Source: Eutreptiella sp. 'Long Island Sound 2002'
Lineage: Eukaryota; Protista; Euglenida
Length of the DNA: 64,000 nucleotides
Assembly: GCA_964036045.1 (NCBI GenBank)
Contig: OZ038379.1
Location: forward strand, 23,560,001-23,624,000
Direction of reading: 5' to 3'
Position numbers and translations under genes: made by a program
Notes under the pieces: model-generated
Databases searched by the model: none
What the model was told of the DNA's origin: nothing
What the model saw: the letters and a program-made list of their open reading frames with translations, nothing else
Part shown: one piece after another, positions 21,401-33,436 of the stretch
Layout of the letters: each line of letters opens with the position of its first letter
How positions within the stretch are numbered: the stretch's first letter is position 1

Positions 21401-22567
21401 CGACCGGCTACATTCCAACTTATTGTCAATGCTTGTGGCCCTTTGACTTACGCCAAAACTTTCAACGGTTGTGGCAACAGTCTTTCAGGCAATAGAGGGT
21501 CGTGCTAGATCAACACGCGAGGCACAAGTGCTTTGCGAAAAAGAGGATGCTACACGTTGCAATCCCTGGGTGTGCTACCTTGCAAATAAATTTTTCCGTC
21601 GTCCAATATCGGTCCACCACGATTCACGACTCGAAGAACCGTTATTGACCCTATTCTGCATCCAATTCGTATTCACCATAATCTTCTACACCTCCCACAA
21701 TTGCGACAACGCGTTTGACACATTGCATTTGGCCGACTCAATTCCCGAGAGTTTTCATCGCGAGAATTGATGGGACGTTGGGTAGAGGTATTAAATTTCG
21801 CAAATCGCGATGAAATGTGTTGAAATTCGAATCCATGCGAGGCCAAGGTGCTTCGGCGTCTTCTTCACCAACGGGCACGACAACAAATACATCATCGACG
21901 TGCTTCGGCGATTAGAATTCCATCCAGTCTTTGGTTGTCTTGCCAAATAAGTCGCAATCTTAGAAGCATTGTGGAAGGATCACCAAACCTAGGCATAACG
22001 CGCGACGGTACGATGAGCGGTGCATTGGTCGACGAATTGTAGACGACGGGTATGCTCCACAAATTTCATGCTTTGTGGAGATGGTGTGGTGTAGTCTCCC
22101 ACCATTGATGTTTTCGTATGCCGGAGTGCCTTCGTGAATTCGGTGTTTGACCTTACCGCACAAAGACGACAAGAGGACCATTTCCATTCTTTCCATGCGG
22201 AGCAAAGCACTCATCTGGAGAAACTCGTAGTTTTTGAGGCAATTTCCACTCCAAGGAGCACTATCTTCGACGCAAGCATCAAAGTCGACCTACCTAAAGT
22301 AAAAGCGAAAAGGGGCGCCGCACAAGGCCTCGACAATCGTAGCGTTTCACCATCGCATAAACTTCACAAAAAAGCTGAAATGCATGTGAGAGTCACTACA
22401 CACGAAATTGGTGAGACAACGACCGGTGCCGCACACCCAACCCTTGCCATTTTGTTTTCGAGCGGTCTCCACAACCGACACTAAACCACTCATCGTGCCG
22501 TATTCCGTGAATTGTTGGTCGACATGGAGCCCAAAGATGGTGCACACCTCCCGTTGTGCAGTGATGT

Positions 22568-23875
22568 TTGGAATTCTTTTTTGCGTTGCTATGTGACCCT
22601 ATCCCGACTTGTAGAGCTTTTGTTTTTCTTTCTTCCATGCTTGCATCGGGGCCATTGTGGCTCACTTGCGTCCAACTCTTCCTTCACATTTGGGCCTATT
22701 TTGTCATACGACGCTACCCTCCATTGCTATTGCAAGAACAGAAACCAAAGTCCGAGTTGGGCGACGTTGCAAAGCTTCACTCGGCACATATTTATTCCCC
22801 TTGGACGGCTACCATTTTGATACTCATCCCCAATACCTTGCTTTGCCTAGCAACCCTCGTTGGTTGTGTCGACACGGGGCAAACAGTATTTTGGCATTGG
22901 GCCCTCTCCGGATTGATCTTCATTACGTGGCCACTAAAGTGGGCCACCCTCATTTGGCATTGGCCCCAGCATATCTATGTGGGATCGGCTCATGCCAACA
23001 TGGGTTCGCCAAAGGATGCATTGGAATTCTCTCCTCGGATGTACGTGTGGCACATTTGGGGTCATCCGTCGTACTCTCAAGACATTGAGGATGCTCGGCC
23101 GAAGGCTGCACGCTACTTGCTCCATTCTGTGTTACCCAGATTGCTCACATCAAGCCTTGTGATAGTGTACTTGAACTCGTTTGATGGCCGGTTGGTGAAC
23201 TTGATTGAAGAGCGTTGGGTAGTGGTGTACCGCTCGGCATGGGGACAAATCAGCGTGAACCCCTTCCTGCACTGGGCGTGTCTATGCTATGCGGTTGTGT
23301 TCTTCTTAACTTGTGGTGCTTTTGCTGACCTACTCAACTGCCAAACAACTCTGATGACTGGGCTGCCTTCAAGCACCCACCACAACGACGACAACCTGCC
23401 CTTACTCTTTGGCGGGTTGGGCCCTTTGTTGGCCACAAGTCCCAGGGACCTTTGGGGTCGCCGGTGGAACCGTGAGGTCTACAAGCCATTCCGCCAGCTA
23501 CTCTTTCCCCGGTGCATCCGGTGGCTGCCCAATGCACTGCCTTTTCACATGAAAGCAGCGGTCGCGTCGCTGTTCGTGTTCACAATCTCGGGGGCACTGC
23601 ACGAAGTGTTTATATGGAATGTGCTAAAGTGCCCCCACCAAGATGAGCCCAGCACACGGCTGCTCGAGGCGACGCCTACAGGCGAAACGTTTGCCTTCTT
23701 CGTGCTGCATGGAACCGCATGTGTCGTCCAAACTCTGGTGCAAAGGTGGTGGCCTCGCCTTGGCGCTGGGATGGGATCTGTGGCGCTTGACCGTGGGTGC
23801 GTCTACTTGTTTTTATGGTGCTGTCAGAATCAGTGCTCTCAAGCCCAGTGCTGTGGGAATTGGCATGCACATTAA
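22568..23875 (+). CDS. MBOAT wax-synthase-like acyltransferase, duplicate copy
   Basis: Translation identical to 13438-14745. Confidence 0.8.
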   Translation: MEFFFALLCDPIPTCRAFVFLSSMLASGPLWLTCVQLFLHIWAYFVIRRYPPLLLQEQKPKSELGDVAKLHSAHIYSPWTATILILIPNTLLCLATLVGCVDTGQTVFWHWALSGLIFITWPLKWATLIWHWPQHIYVGSAHANMGSPKDALEFSPRMYVWHIWGHPSYSQDIEDARPKAARYLLHSVLPRLLTSSLVIVYLNSFDGRLVNLIEERWVVVYRSAWGQISVNPFLHWACLCYAVVFFLTCGAFADLLNCQTTLMTGLPSSTHHNDDNLPLLFGGLGPLLATSPRDLWGRRWNREVYKPFRQLLFPRCIRWLPNALPFHMKAAVASLFVFTISGALHEVFIWNVLKCPHQDEPSTRLLEATPTGETFAFFVLHGTACVVQTLVQRWWPRLGAGMGSVALDRGCVYLFLWCCQNQCSQAQCCGNWHAH

Positions 23876-25237
23876 TGATGCCACCACCGGAGCCGCATTC
23901 TCATATTTGCATCACACCACATTGCATCGCATGGCATCGCATCGCATCACATCACATCACATCACATCACATCGCCATATGCTGACAACAGCATCAACAA
24001 ATTGCAAACTTGGTGCATTGCCATTTGGTACTGTGTCAACCGGTGGTGTGAGCAGTGGTCAGTGGGTAGTGGTGTTGCGGACATTGGAGCTCTCATTTGG
24101 TGCTGTCAGCATTTAGTGGTGTGATGTGTTGCAATGTAAGGATTAGTGCTGTAGGAACCACTGTGGAGAATGCTGTGAAAAGCATTGGTGTGATGATTAT
24201 TGCCAAATGCTCTGATTGGTGATGTGATTGGATGTGATGTAACGCGATGCGATGCGATGCGATGTGATGTGGTGTGACATGATATGATGTGATGCAACGT
24301 GATGTGAAGATTGGTTTCGTAAGTGCTGCGACAGTGAGTTCTTTGGCGTACCCTGGAAGGTGTAAGAACACGTTCCAAAGAGAAAACAGGTGTGGAGCGG
24401 TGCATTCAAGATTGGTGCGGTGAAAGTGTGATGCCCCAGAATGACAGGTATTCTTCAGCTCTATTTACACTCATTTCATAAACGCTCGTCTGCATGGTTT
24501 ATTACAGAACCCATTTGCCCTGGTTACATTTTAGCCTGAATGCCCAATGTCTTTCTTGGTGTCTCAGGACTGCCTATACTTCCACGCCCTCAGCTCTCTG
24601 TGCGGGAGCTGGATAACCTGGATATTGCACAAAAAGTTGCATTTCTGCAGAATCTTATTTTGTACATACAAAAGCCCAATAAATAATGATATCTGAATTT
24701 GTTAATTTCTTGTTTCGTTCGTTTAGCTTAACAAGTTGCAATGACTTTTTGGGCAGTAGCCCAATCATTTTCTACCTTCCAATTTATGTCGGTGGTTCCT
24801 TCCATAATTGCCCAGCTGCCTCATCATTGTCCGGGGCAGTACTGGGAGATGCACCTCGAATCGCACAGATCCAACGCACTTTCTTTTGTGCGTGAACGTG
24901 GGGCTACGAGTGTAGCAATGCTTACTCGTTGCTGTCTGTTTGGCTGCGCAACATTGAGCAGACTGCAGATGTCATTGTAGCATTGCTAGGCATGCAAGCA
25001 GGCATGCTGCATAGATTGCCTGGGGTTTGTGCGTGGGGGCAGGCCAGGGTGGTGCTAGGGGGGTTCAGATCTTGCATATTCCTTTGGCTACTAGCACAAC
25101 GGTCTTGTCCGGTCTGGATTTTTGTGCAAATTGTGACTTTTGTGTGAAAAGTTGGGTCAGGGGTATTTGCATGTGGCGGATCTTGTGGTTTTGGTGTTTT
25201 TTGATGATTCGACGAAGGATTAGAGTTTTGCATGTAG

Positions 25238-25760
25238 ACCAGTTTGGCAGATCACAAGACCGGTCTAGACCGGTCTTTGTACCAACTCAAACGAACTCAA
25301 ACGAAAAAGGGATACAAGGATTACAAGGTTTTTACTTCTTCTGCGCCAACTGCATAAAACGAGACGAACTGATCGAACCGACCGGACCGAACCGTTCATT
25401 TCACTTCGTGTAAAGACCAGACCGGACCGGTCCGGACCGGTCTTTGAACAAACTGCATAAAACGCGCTAAACTGGGCGGTCCGACCGGTTCGACCTGTTT
25501 ATACGTGTTTTTGATGTGAACTGTATAAACTGCATAAACTGCTCGAAATGATCGGACCGGCCCGTTTAGATCGTTTTACGCGGTTTGTTTAAGGACCGGT
25601 CTGGACCGGTCTTCTGGTAAACTAAAACGAACCGCATAAACTGCATAAACTGTTCGGTCTGCATAAACTGCATAAACTGCGTAAACCGGCGTAAAGTACA
25701 AGTTTTGCTAGAATAAACTGCGCGAAACGGGAAGACCGGGCAGACCGGAAGACCGGACTT
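25238..25760. repeat. Interleaved AACTGCATAA and (G)ACCGG(A/T)C short-repeat array
   Basis: Many AACTGCATAAA units and ACCGGACCGG/GACCGGTC palindromic units are visible. Confidence 0.8.
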
Positions 25761-26959
25761 TATGAAATGCGTACCTGTAGCCAAAGGAATATACACGTAA
25801 CTTAGGAGGCTTATGTGGACATGGGGCTACAAGGCTTTCAAGCAAGATTATGTGGCTGGGGAGGGGGTAATACTGCAGCAACATCTGAGGCCGGGGCATG
25901 TGCCTAGCTCACGCATGGTCCCAGGTATGCATGGCGTATGCCGCCTCTAGTGGTGCAGGTGGTGGACAAGGGGCAGACACTGGTGGCAATATTGTGGTAG
26001 CCTGCTGGCTGTGGGTGTGGCAGCTGTCAAAGGTGCATGTGAACTGATATGGGCGGCACAATATGGGGGCAGTGGATCACGTGCTCTAGTGTTGTTTCCG
26101 CGTTGCGTTGTTGCCGCAATACCAACAAAATATCCAGGAAAGAAGCCTGTGAGCGCAGATGGTGCAATAAGTGCTTTCAGTGGGTCCCTTCTGCACTTAA
26201 CCTCGACCCCATCACTAGGATATGGATACGGAGGGGGCGGTGCAGCAGGCGATTGCCTGTGACAGGGTGCAAGAAGCACGATGAGCACAATCGGTGATAG
26301 AGACCACCGACCCATAGGACCAGCTCCTGGCCAACAGGGAGAGACCCAGGGAATGGGGGATTGTGTCAAGCCCCACTTCCCCTGCCCTTATATGACGTGG
26401 TCAATAGCTTGTGTTTGCTCCTGTTTGCTCAAATCCTGCAGTTGGTGCGTGGTTTTCCCCAGAGGGCTGAGAAAAAACCAGACAAGAGGGCAGACTGGTG
26501 GAATAGTATTTGCATCTGCAGGGCCAAGTCAGTGATGGGGCAGGGCAACAGACAACAGTGGGGCGGGGGGTTAGTGATACCGAAGTGACACCAAAGGAGT
26601 CTGTGACACTGCTGTCCACATACCTGCATAGTTGATGTTGTGGGGGTGTTGTATGGTTTGTATAGTCAAGAACATTGCTAATTTCCCGAAAAAGCCCCCA
26701 ATTTCTCCTTGCAAAATGTGCACTGTGCCCGCGCTGTGCATGCCGGGCCCGCGCTGTGCATGCTGTGCCCGCGCTGTGCACAAACACCCCCCATGAAGTG
26801 GGGTCAAAAACCCAAAACGTTGGTCTGCCCAAAATGGTAGTTCTGGACATTGGACCCAAAATACAGTCCCCAATTTAATGCTAAGTTAGGGTGCAAAAGA
26901 AAGAAAATAACTGCATAGTGCGTGGAAAGTTTCCTTGTGGTTGCTTTACGAACATGTTG

Positions 26960-27300
26960 CACAACATTTCTGGGCATTTTCCATGTCGAGGAAAAGTAGG
27001 TGTGGTTTGGGAGGGAACATTAGTGTGAGAAGCGTGCTCTGGGCATCTTTTTAGGCCTATTCACCCCAAAGCCGTGGTATCCCAGCGCTATCCAAGAATT
27101 CCCTGCCTGAGGGGCCACAATAAAGCAACAGTTATTTGGCCATGTGAATCCTCCTCAAAGTCCTCCGCACTTTTGCAAGCTTGATGTAGCATGGATTATC
27201 TAGCCCTTTCAGTCCTCCGTGTTGTGTGGACATGAGGTTGTGGAGTCACTTTGTGCCTATATCTAGGGTGAGATTGTGAAAGAATTCCACCAGGCGATGC
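26960..27300 (-). pseudogene. Decayed non-LTR retrotransposon reverse-transcriptase fragment
   Basis: My minus-strand translation gives NPCYIKLAKVRRTLRR...DAQSTLLTL...PHLLFLDMENA with stops, resembling LINE RT subdomains 2-3 (YKilaK..RL, lflD.enA). Confidence 0.35.
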
Positions 27301-28789
27301 ACATGTTATTGCACTTACACAATTTTGCATTTGGGATGTATGTGGCTCCTCCTTGCCATGGGAACATGTTCCCCATCATGTGTGGACCGTTGTTAATGCA
27401 ACCAATAGAGCTGCTACCCAAGATGATATGGGTATAAGGGTAATGTGTGTGCTTTGTGTTATCAAAAAGCACGCGGCCACACTTTGTGGTGAATGTATAG
27501 GACATTATTGTGCCGAATGCATTCATCTACGGACAAAACTGTTTATGCAGAACAATAAATATCTTATTTGTTGTGCAATTTGAATTATTAGATTTGGTGT
27601 TGTATTGTGTGCCCTACAAGGATGTTTGTGAGATTGACTTGGTTCGGAGGGTGGCAGTTTTATGGTGTGCTTTGGGGCTTCTCTCAAAGAGGGTGAGCTT
27701 GGGAGTAAATTGTGAGACATAGAAAAGTTATACACACGTAGGGGCTTCTAACAACCATTATTATACTCTCCTGTTTGTTTCCCCTCTTATCAACACTCAG
27801 CTCCTCCCTTGGTGAGCGTGCTACACCCGGAGGGGGGTCGCCTCATGTGGTTGGGGCTCCGGGGTTGAAGTGCCTCAGATATGTCCGTTCGGTGAGGCAG
27901 AAGGGTCGATAATGTCCCTTAGATTCACTTGTGCTGATGTTTGGGTTAAAATGAGAACAACAAAGTTCTTGGAGGGAAAAGAGCATTAGGTCTTGCGGGT
28001 GCAACAACACCATGATGGCATTTGAGTCCCTTGCGGTTCTTCTTCTTTTTTTTTTTTGGCGAAACGTAAACACTCCGCCAACCATACACAACGGGGATAT
28101 GGTGTGGTAAATACCATCTCACATGGCATCGTTTAAAGTTTCGTTGTCGTGGCCCATTTCCATGCTCATGATGCAAAGCAAATGAATGTGGCTCAACATT
28201 GCAAAATGATAGTGTTTCAAAAGCAATTAGGCGCGGTTGAGGCGGAATGCATCAACTCAAAGCGAAAGAATGTTGCCCAGTCTGGCTGGACCTGTTGACT
28301 CAATGCACTGAAAGCACACCTTAACGGTTTGAATGCATTGCATAAACGTGCATGACAACGCCACTGCCTCAACTCCTTGCCTTGGCACCCTGCCCTGAGG
28401 ATCTCACGGGAGGATGCCGGTAGGCGGTCTCTTGCTCGGTCGTATGATTGCATGCTGCACAAGTATAAGCGGAATAAGCAAGATTATGCCCCCCTCAGTT
28501 GAAATGCCCCCGGGGGACTCGGAAGAGGAAACGAGAACACGGCCCCAAACAGTTGGGTAACGTACATGTGGGTAATCGCAATCCAACGGCAACGACACCG
28601 CCATTTTGTTGCCAAACGCCACTACTTGATGTGGGCCATAGCAAACGTGTGGTGAGGATTCTTGGATTGAAGCATGGCCGTTCCTCTTGCACCGTTCTCT
28701 TGATGTTTACCTATGTTGGCTTGTAAATATTTGGTGAATTACCTTTTGGGTGAGCTAGTGGAACCGGCGTTCAGTCATAAGGATTACTA

Positions 28790-29892
28790 AGTACCCGTTC
28801 CAAGGCGTTCTTGAGAGCAAGAGTCCGACCACATGCTGAGCACCTTGTAAAGATCCTCACATGCTGGGCGTGGATTCTCTGTTAAAATGAAACGCACAGC
28901 CCGTTTGAACAATGTGACACGAGGTATGAGGTGATTAAGCTGCAAGGCTTTGTTACAATATGCTTTTGCTTGGGTGAAGTGGTGGTCAAACATGTAATGG
29001 GAGGCAAGAAAATCATAAAGTTCAAGGTCGCTTGGATACCATTTCACAGCCTCTTTCAGCATGTCTTTGGCCCTAAGGGTATCCCCTTGGATGAAATACG
29101 CAACCATGTGAAGCTTGCGTAGGTTGCTAGTACGTTGCGTGGGAAACGGAAGTTGGAAATTAAATGCCTTGTGATGCACTCCGAGGCCTCTTGCCATGGG
29201 GTGTTTAGGGGACAAGTTTTTTTTTTAGGGAAAAAAACCTGGTTTTGGCCTAGTAGCACTTTGTCTCCAACCGCCGTTGGTTACTCTCCAACCACCATCG
29301 GTTGCCCTCCAACCGCCGTCGGTTACCTTCCAACCGCCATTGGCTACCCTCCAACCGCTGCCAGTTGCACTCCAACCCCCGTCGGTTACCCTCCAACCCC
29401 CGTCGGTTACCTCCCAACCGCCGTCGGTTACCCTCCAACCGCCGTCGCTTACCCTCCAACGGCCATCGGTTGCACTCCAACCTCCGTCGGTTATCCCTTA
29501 AGTGTCATCGGTTGGAGCTGTGCAGGTTTTGCTGGCTACCGGACACACGTGCTTTTTTTTTTTTGAATTAAAAAACCCCTTGCCACTTAGGCATTGTCAA
29601 AGCTTGTTGCTTTGCTGGTGTTCATCGGCTGCATGCCTCCCGCCACGAGCCATTTTGCAATCTTCCGATTGCGGTTCGCCTGCAAGCGCACCATAAGACT
29701 CCAATGCCCGCACACAACACCACACACCCCAAAGTGTTCCCAAGGTGTGAGGGAGAAAACAACACCGAGCACGTCACCCGGAAGTCGTCGAATGCTAGTC
29801 ACTGCTCGTCGCTCTCCAGGCCCCAAAACTCCTTGGCCTAGCATTGATGTCGCCAAACCATACGATGAACCCGATGGCATTGGGGTCTGCAT
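28790..29892 (-). pseudogene. F-box plus TPR protein pseudogene interrupted by a satellite-bearing repeat
   Basis: IRRLPGDVLGVVFSLTPWEHFGVCGVVCGHW is an F-box pattern. AYFIQGDTLRAKDMLKEAVKWYPSD and HHFTQAKAYCNKALQLN are TPR-like. Stops and frameshifts are present. Confidence 0.6.
29267..29512. repeat. 21-bp minisatellite CCAACCGCCGTCGGTTACCCT within an A/T-run-bounded insertion
   Basis: About 11-12 degenerate units, each with an AACCG-N4-CGGTT hairpin. Confidence 0.9.
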
Positions 29893-32800
29893 GCCCTCAT
29901 GGAAGATGCTGATGGTGGAAATCGGGCCCGGGAATCCTGGATAAGTGTATTCAAGTTGGGGGACACGGAATTCCCGGGGAACTAGAGGTTCATAAAAAGG
30001 ACGGACTGTGCAGTGCCGGGCCCAACGTATGCACGTTGGGAGACCAAGGACTTCCGGGAATTGCGGGATGTAGATATGAGGAAAACGTGCTTTGGATTAC
30101 CACAGGTGGCAGGCGTGAGGGTAGCCCCGTGGTGGTGGATACTCGCATGGATACCAGGTGTCGCCAGTGGTGTACAGGGGCGGCAACAACAACGTGAACT
30201 ACATGTTGCATTGCTGCTGCATGTGTGCGACACCGATGTGGGGATGCGGATTGTCGAGTCAACGAGCTATCCTGGGGATGACTGGCAGTGGTATCCGGGG
30301 CCCGCGCTCCACGGACAGCAGGCCTGGGGGAGCTGGGGGACAAAGCGAGGGCAGGACAGGGGACAAGAGAGGAGGGAGGGACGAGGCGAGGAGAAGAGAT
30401 GAAAAGTGTTGCATGCCCTTTCGTTTCCCCGCAGACAAACAGGGTCCGTTGTTTTTCATGTGAGGGTTGACCCCCTGGTGTGGCATTGTGTCTCACTTGA
30501 TGTACCTGACCGGGCCCTGAACAGGCACCTGTTGTTCCTTTCACCATCCCTTCAACCCTGAATTCGGCCAAATTCGCCGAAATCTTCTGATTGTTGGGGT
30601 TCTAGATTATTTGTGCATTCATCTTCTTCTGGCATGCTTTGTTTGTGCATTGAAAACCAATTTTCTTATCAGGACGGGTGACAAAAGGTGCAAAAAAAAA
30701 TTCATACGTGGAAGCGAACCACCGCCATCTACGTTCTAAAGTAGGGCATATACCACCTGACCATGGACCATGGACCACCACCTGACACTGACATACTATT
30801 GCTTAGGGACCATGTACAGACCGAGGGATGGATAGTTTTTTGGAAATTCACGGACGTTTTGCGATTCAACATGATTCTAACTACACAAACCAAAAGGAAG
30901 TTGTGTTTGGGGCCCAGGACCAAGATCTTGGGGGTGCAAAGATACCGCGGAAATGGTAACTTACTCACAGATCCAAAATGCCGTTGTGGCGAAACAGTCT
31001 CTCAGGAGTGTGCACGGAAAACAATAATGAAATACACTTAACAAAGTGGGTTCCATGGCACCCATACCACCTTTTTCTCGCCGGCAGTAGAGCGTGGGGT
31101 GAGTCAACCAGCCTCTCTAATTGTGTCAAAGGTGTGTTCACATGGGGGTTTAAGGTGGGGGTATTCTCCATACCGGCCAAACTTTGAATTTTTGGCAAAA
31201 TATTTAATTCACAGCCTGGATTTTGGTGATTTCAATGTGTCCGCAAAAAAAAAATTAACGCAAAAAAATCAAATAATTATGGCATTCGGGAGCACATTCT
31301 TGAAGAAATGTGCGCAGATTTAAACGAAATTACTGGGATACATAAACCACTGTGGAGTGTAGTGTCTTGTGTCAGGGAGGGCAGATTGGTACAGTGGTAT
31401 GTGCGCAGCCTTGAGAAATAAGGTTCCTGGATTCCATCCCAGTTGGACCCAAACTGCTGCCGCTTTTTTTGGCCATCAGTCCTGTTGTCAAACTGCTGGC
31501 AAAAAGACGCAAAAAGAAAAATTTGGCCAAATAAATCGCAGAAATTCAATTAAATATAGCCTTTGCTAGGGTTAAATTGGGTGCCGCAAAATGCCTATTT
31601 ACCAAAAAAATCGCACAAAAAAATATCCTTTCAGTCTTTTTGGACAAAAACAATTTTTTTGCTATATATTAATTCCGATCCCCAAACGCAAAAATTCAAG
31701 TTCTACAAAAGTTCGCGGTTTGCCCGGTATGGTTACCTACAGGCACATGGGTACATGTATTACAAAACGGTGTTGCACACCTGTTGTAAGCCCATTAAAG
31801 ACTGGAACCTTGCGCTCTGGGGGGGGGGGGGGGTGAAAAAGCGGCTACCCGTTCGGAGTAGCTCTATCTTTCCATCCCTCTAGCTTGTGGTACATTGTAC
31901 ACCGGTTTGTTACCATGGGGGACAAAACAGTGATGCCCGTTTTCCACTTTGTGGCCCGGCAGGCCTTTTTGCCGTTGCGATGTGCCTTTTTTACCGCTGG
32001 CCTTAGAACTGTTCCACTATGACACATCGTAGTCAATACATGAGCTAGGCCCGTAAACTATGGGCCTACCCCTAGTGTACCCCGTATTAATTGGGTGAGT
32101 GCCAGGACCCACCGCACGTGACCCTTGGCTCGCTACCACCACACTAGAAAAAACATCACTTGAAACTTCGGACTGGGCAGCCAATGCCCGTGGCAGAGCA
32201 GATCTGCACACCACTGTCAGCCGACTTGTGGGATAACTTGTCCCCACAGGCGTCCTCGATGGACGTGCATAACCCGCACGAAGCCTGTGGCTGTAGTTAC
32301 AACGGCTGTACTGATGCTAGGCGACCTGCCTATGAGTGCCCCTTCTTTGTTCATAGTGAGACTTTGAACTTCGAACTTATGTGGCGCCGGAAGTATAAAA
32401 AAAAAAGTATTAATTGGGTGGGTGGCCCCTTTAGTCGAGAACCATTTGGTAGTACGGTATGGATCCGATGTGTCCAGCATGACGTCTGCTGTTGTGAACA
32501 GTGATAGCTCAGATGGTGTTCATAGTGTGATGGTAATCGCATAGAGGGCGCATAGAGGGCGCATAGAGGGCGCATAGACTAGGCCCCATGGTTTTACTGC
32601 TAGCTAGAAAAACTCCATGGCTGTGCTCATCGGCGCCCATGGTAATTCACTGTATGCATACACGGTGTCATTGTAATTTACTGTTATGTCTGTTGAGTTT
32701 TATTTCTGTTTTACTGCCAACAGTAGAAGGAACTTGGGGCTGCGGTGATTAGCAATGGCGTGCGTTGCGGTGTGCCATGTAACATCCCTGAATCACCCAC

Positions 32801-33436
32801 TTTGGCATCACAATGGAAGTACAACCACTTGCACCGAAAACGTCACTGGCCCAGGTTCTATTGTTAGCAGTCCAAGAACACGGAAGCCCATGTCCACAAA
32901 ACTATACTATGCGGTGGTGGTGCAGATTCGTGTTTGTGTAAACCGCATTGTCAATTACGTACCAGCCAAATACATCACACATGGTTCGCGAAACAAGGCG
33001 TATGCACCTTGACATTTCATTTGCTGCAATGGACCTCCCTAGCTGCATTGTGCCTGTGCACCCGTCCAAATGAGACCTAAACCTGCAAGCCCCACCCCAG
33101 CACGGCAAATGCAAGGTGAACGCGTGATGCAATGTGAAGAAACGCAGTCTGTACAGTGCCAAAACTGCCCATAATATAGGCCATTTGGGTCTGTTTTTTC
33201 CGATTTCTTGCACAACTATTCTCGGTACCATTCATTGCGAAAGAATGATTTCTGATGATGGCACTGCTCCGGGGGGGTGCGCATGATAGTGGGCGATAGG
33301 CAGAAGCGCCCCCCCCCCCCCCCCCCGTCAGAGGCTACCCCCGGTCCAACTGGTCCGTTGCCGGATCCTGTGGGGGACCTTTATGACGACGGTGTTCTAC
33401 TGTGGGCAGTAAACCCCCCCCGAGGATACTGGGCAA

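Larger units (their letters stand above)
7083..25345. repeat. Tandem direct duplication, unit 9,130 bp (7083-16212 and 16213-25342), GCG microhomology at the junctions
   Basis: Every ORF in the first unit recurs at +9130 with identical translation. The junction CTTCT-GCG-ATAAC at 16213 fuses the 25343 context (CTTCT-GCG-CCAAC) to the 7083 context (CC-GCG-ATAAC). Confidence 0.95.
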
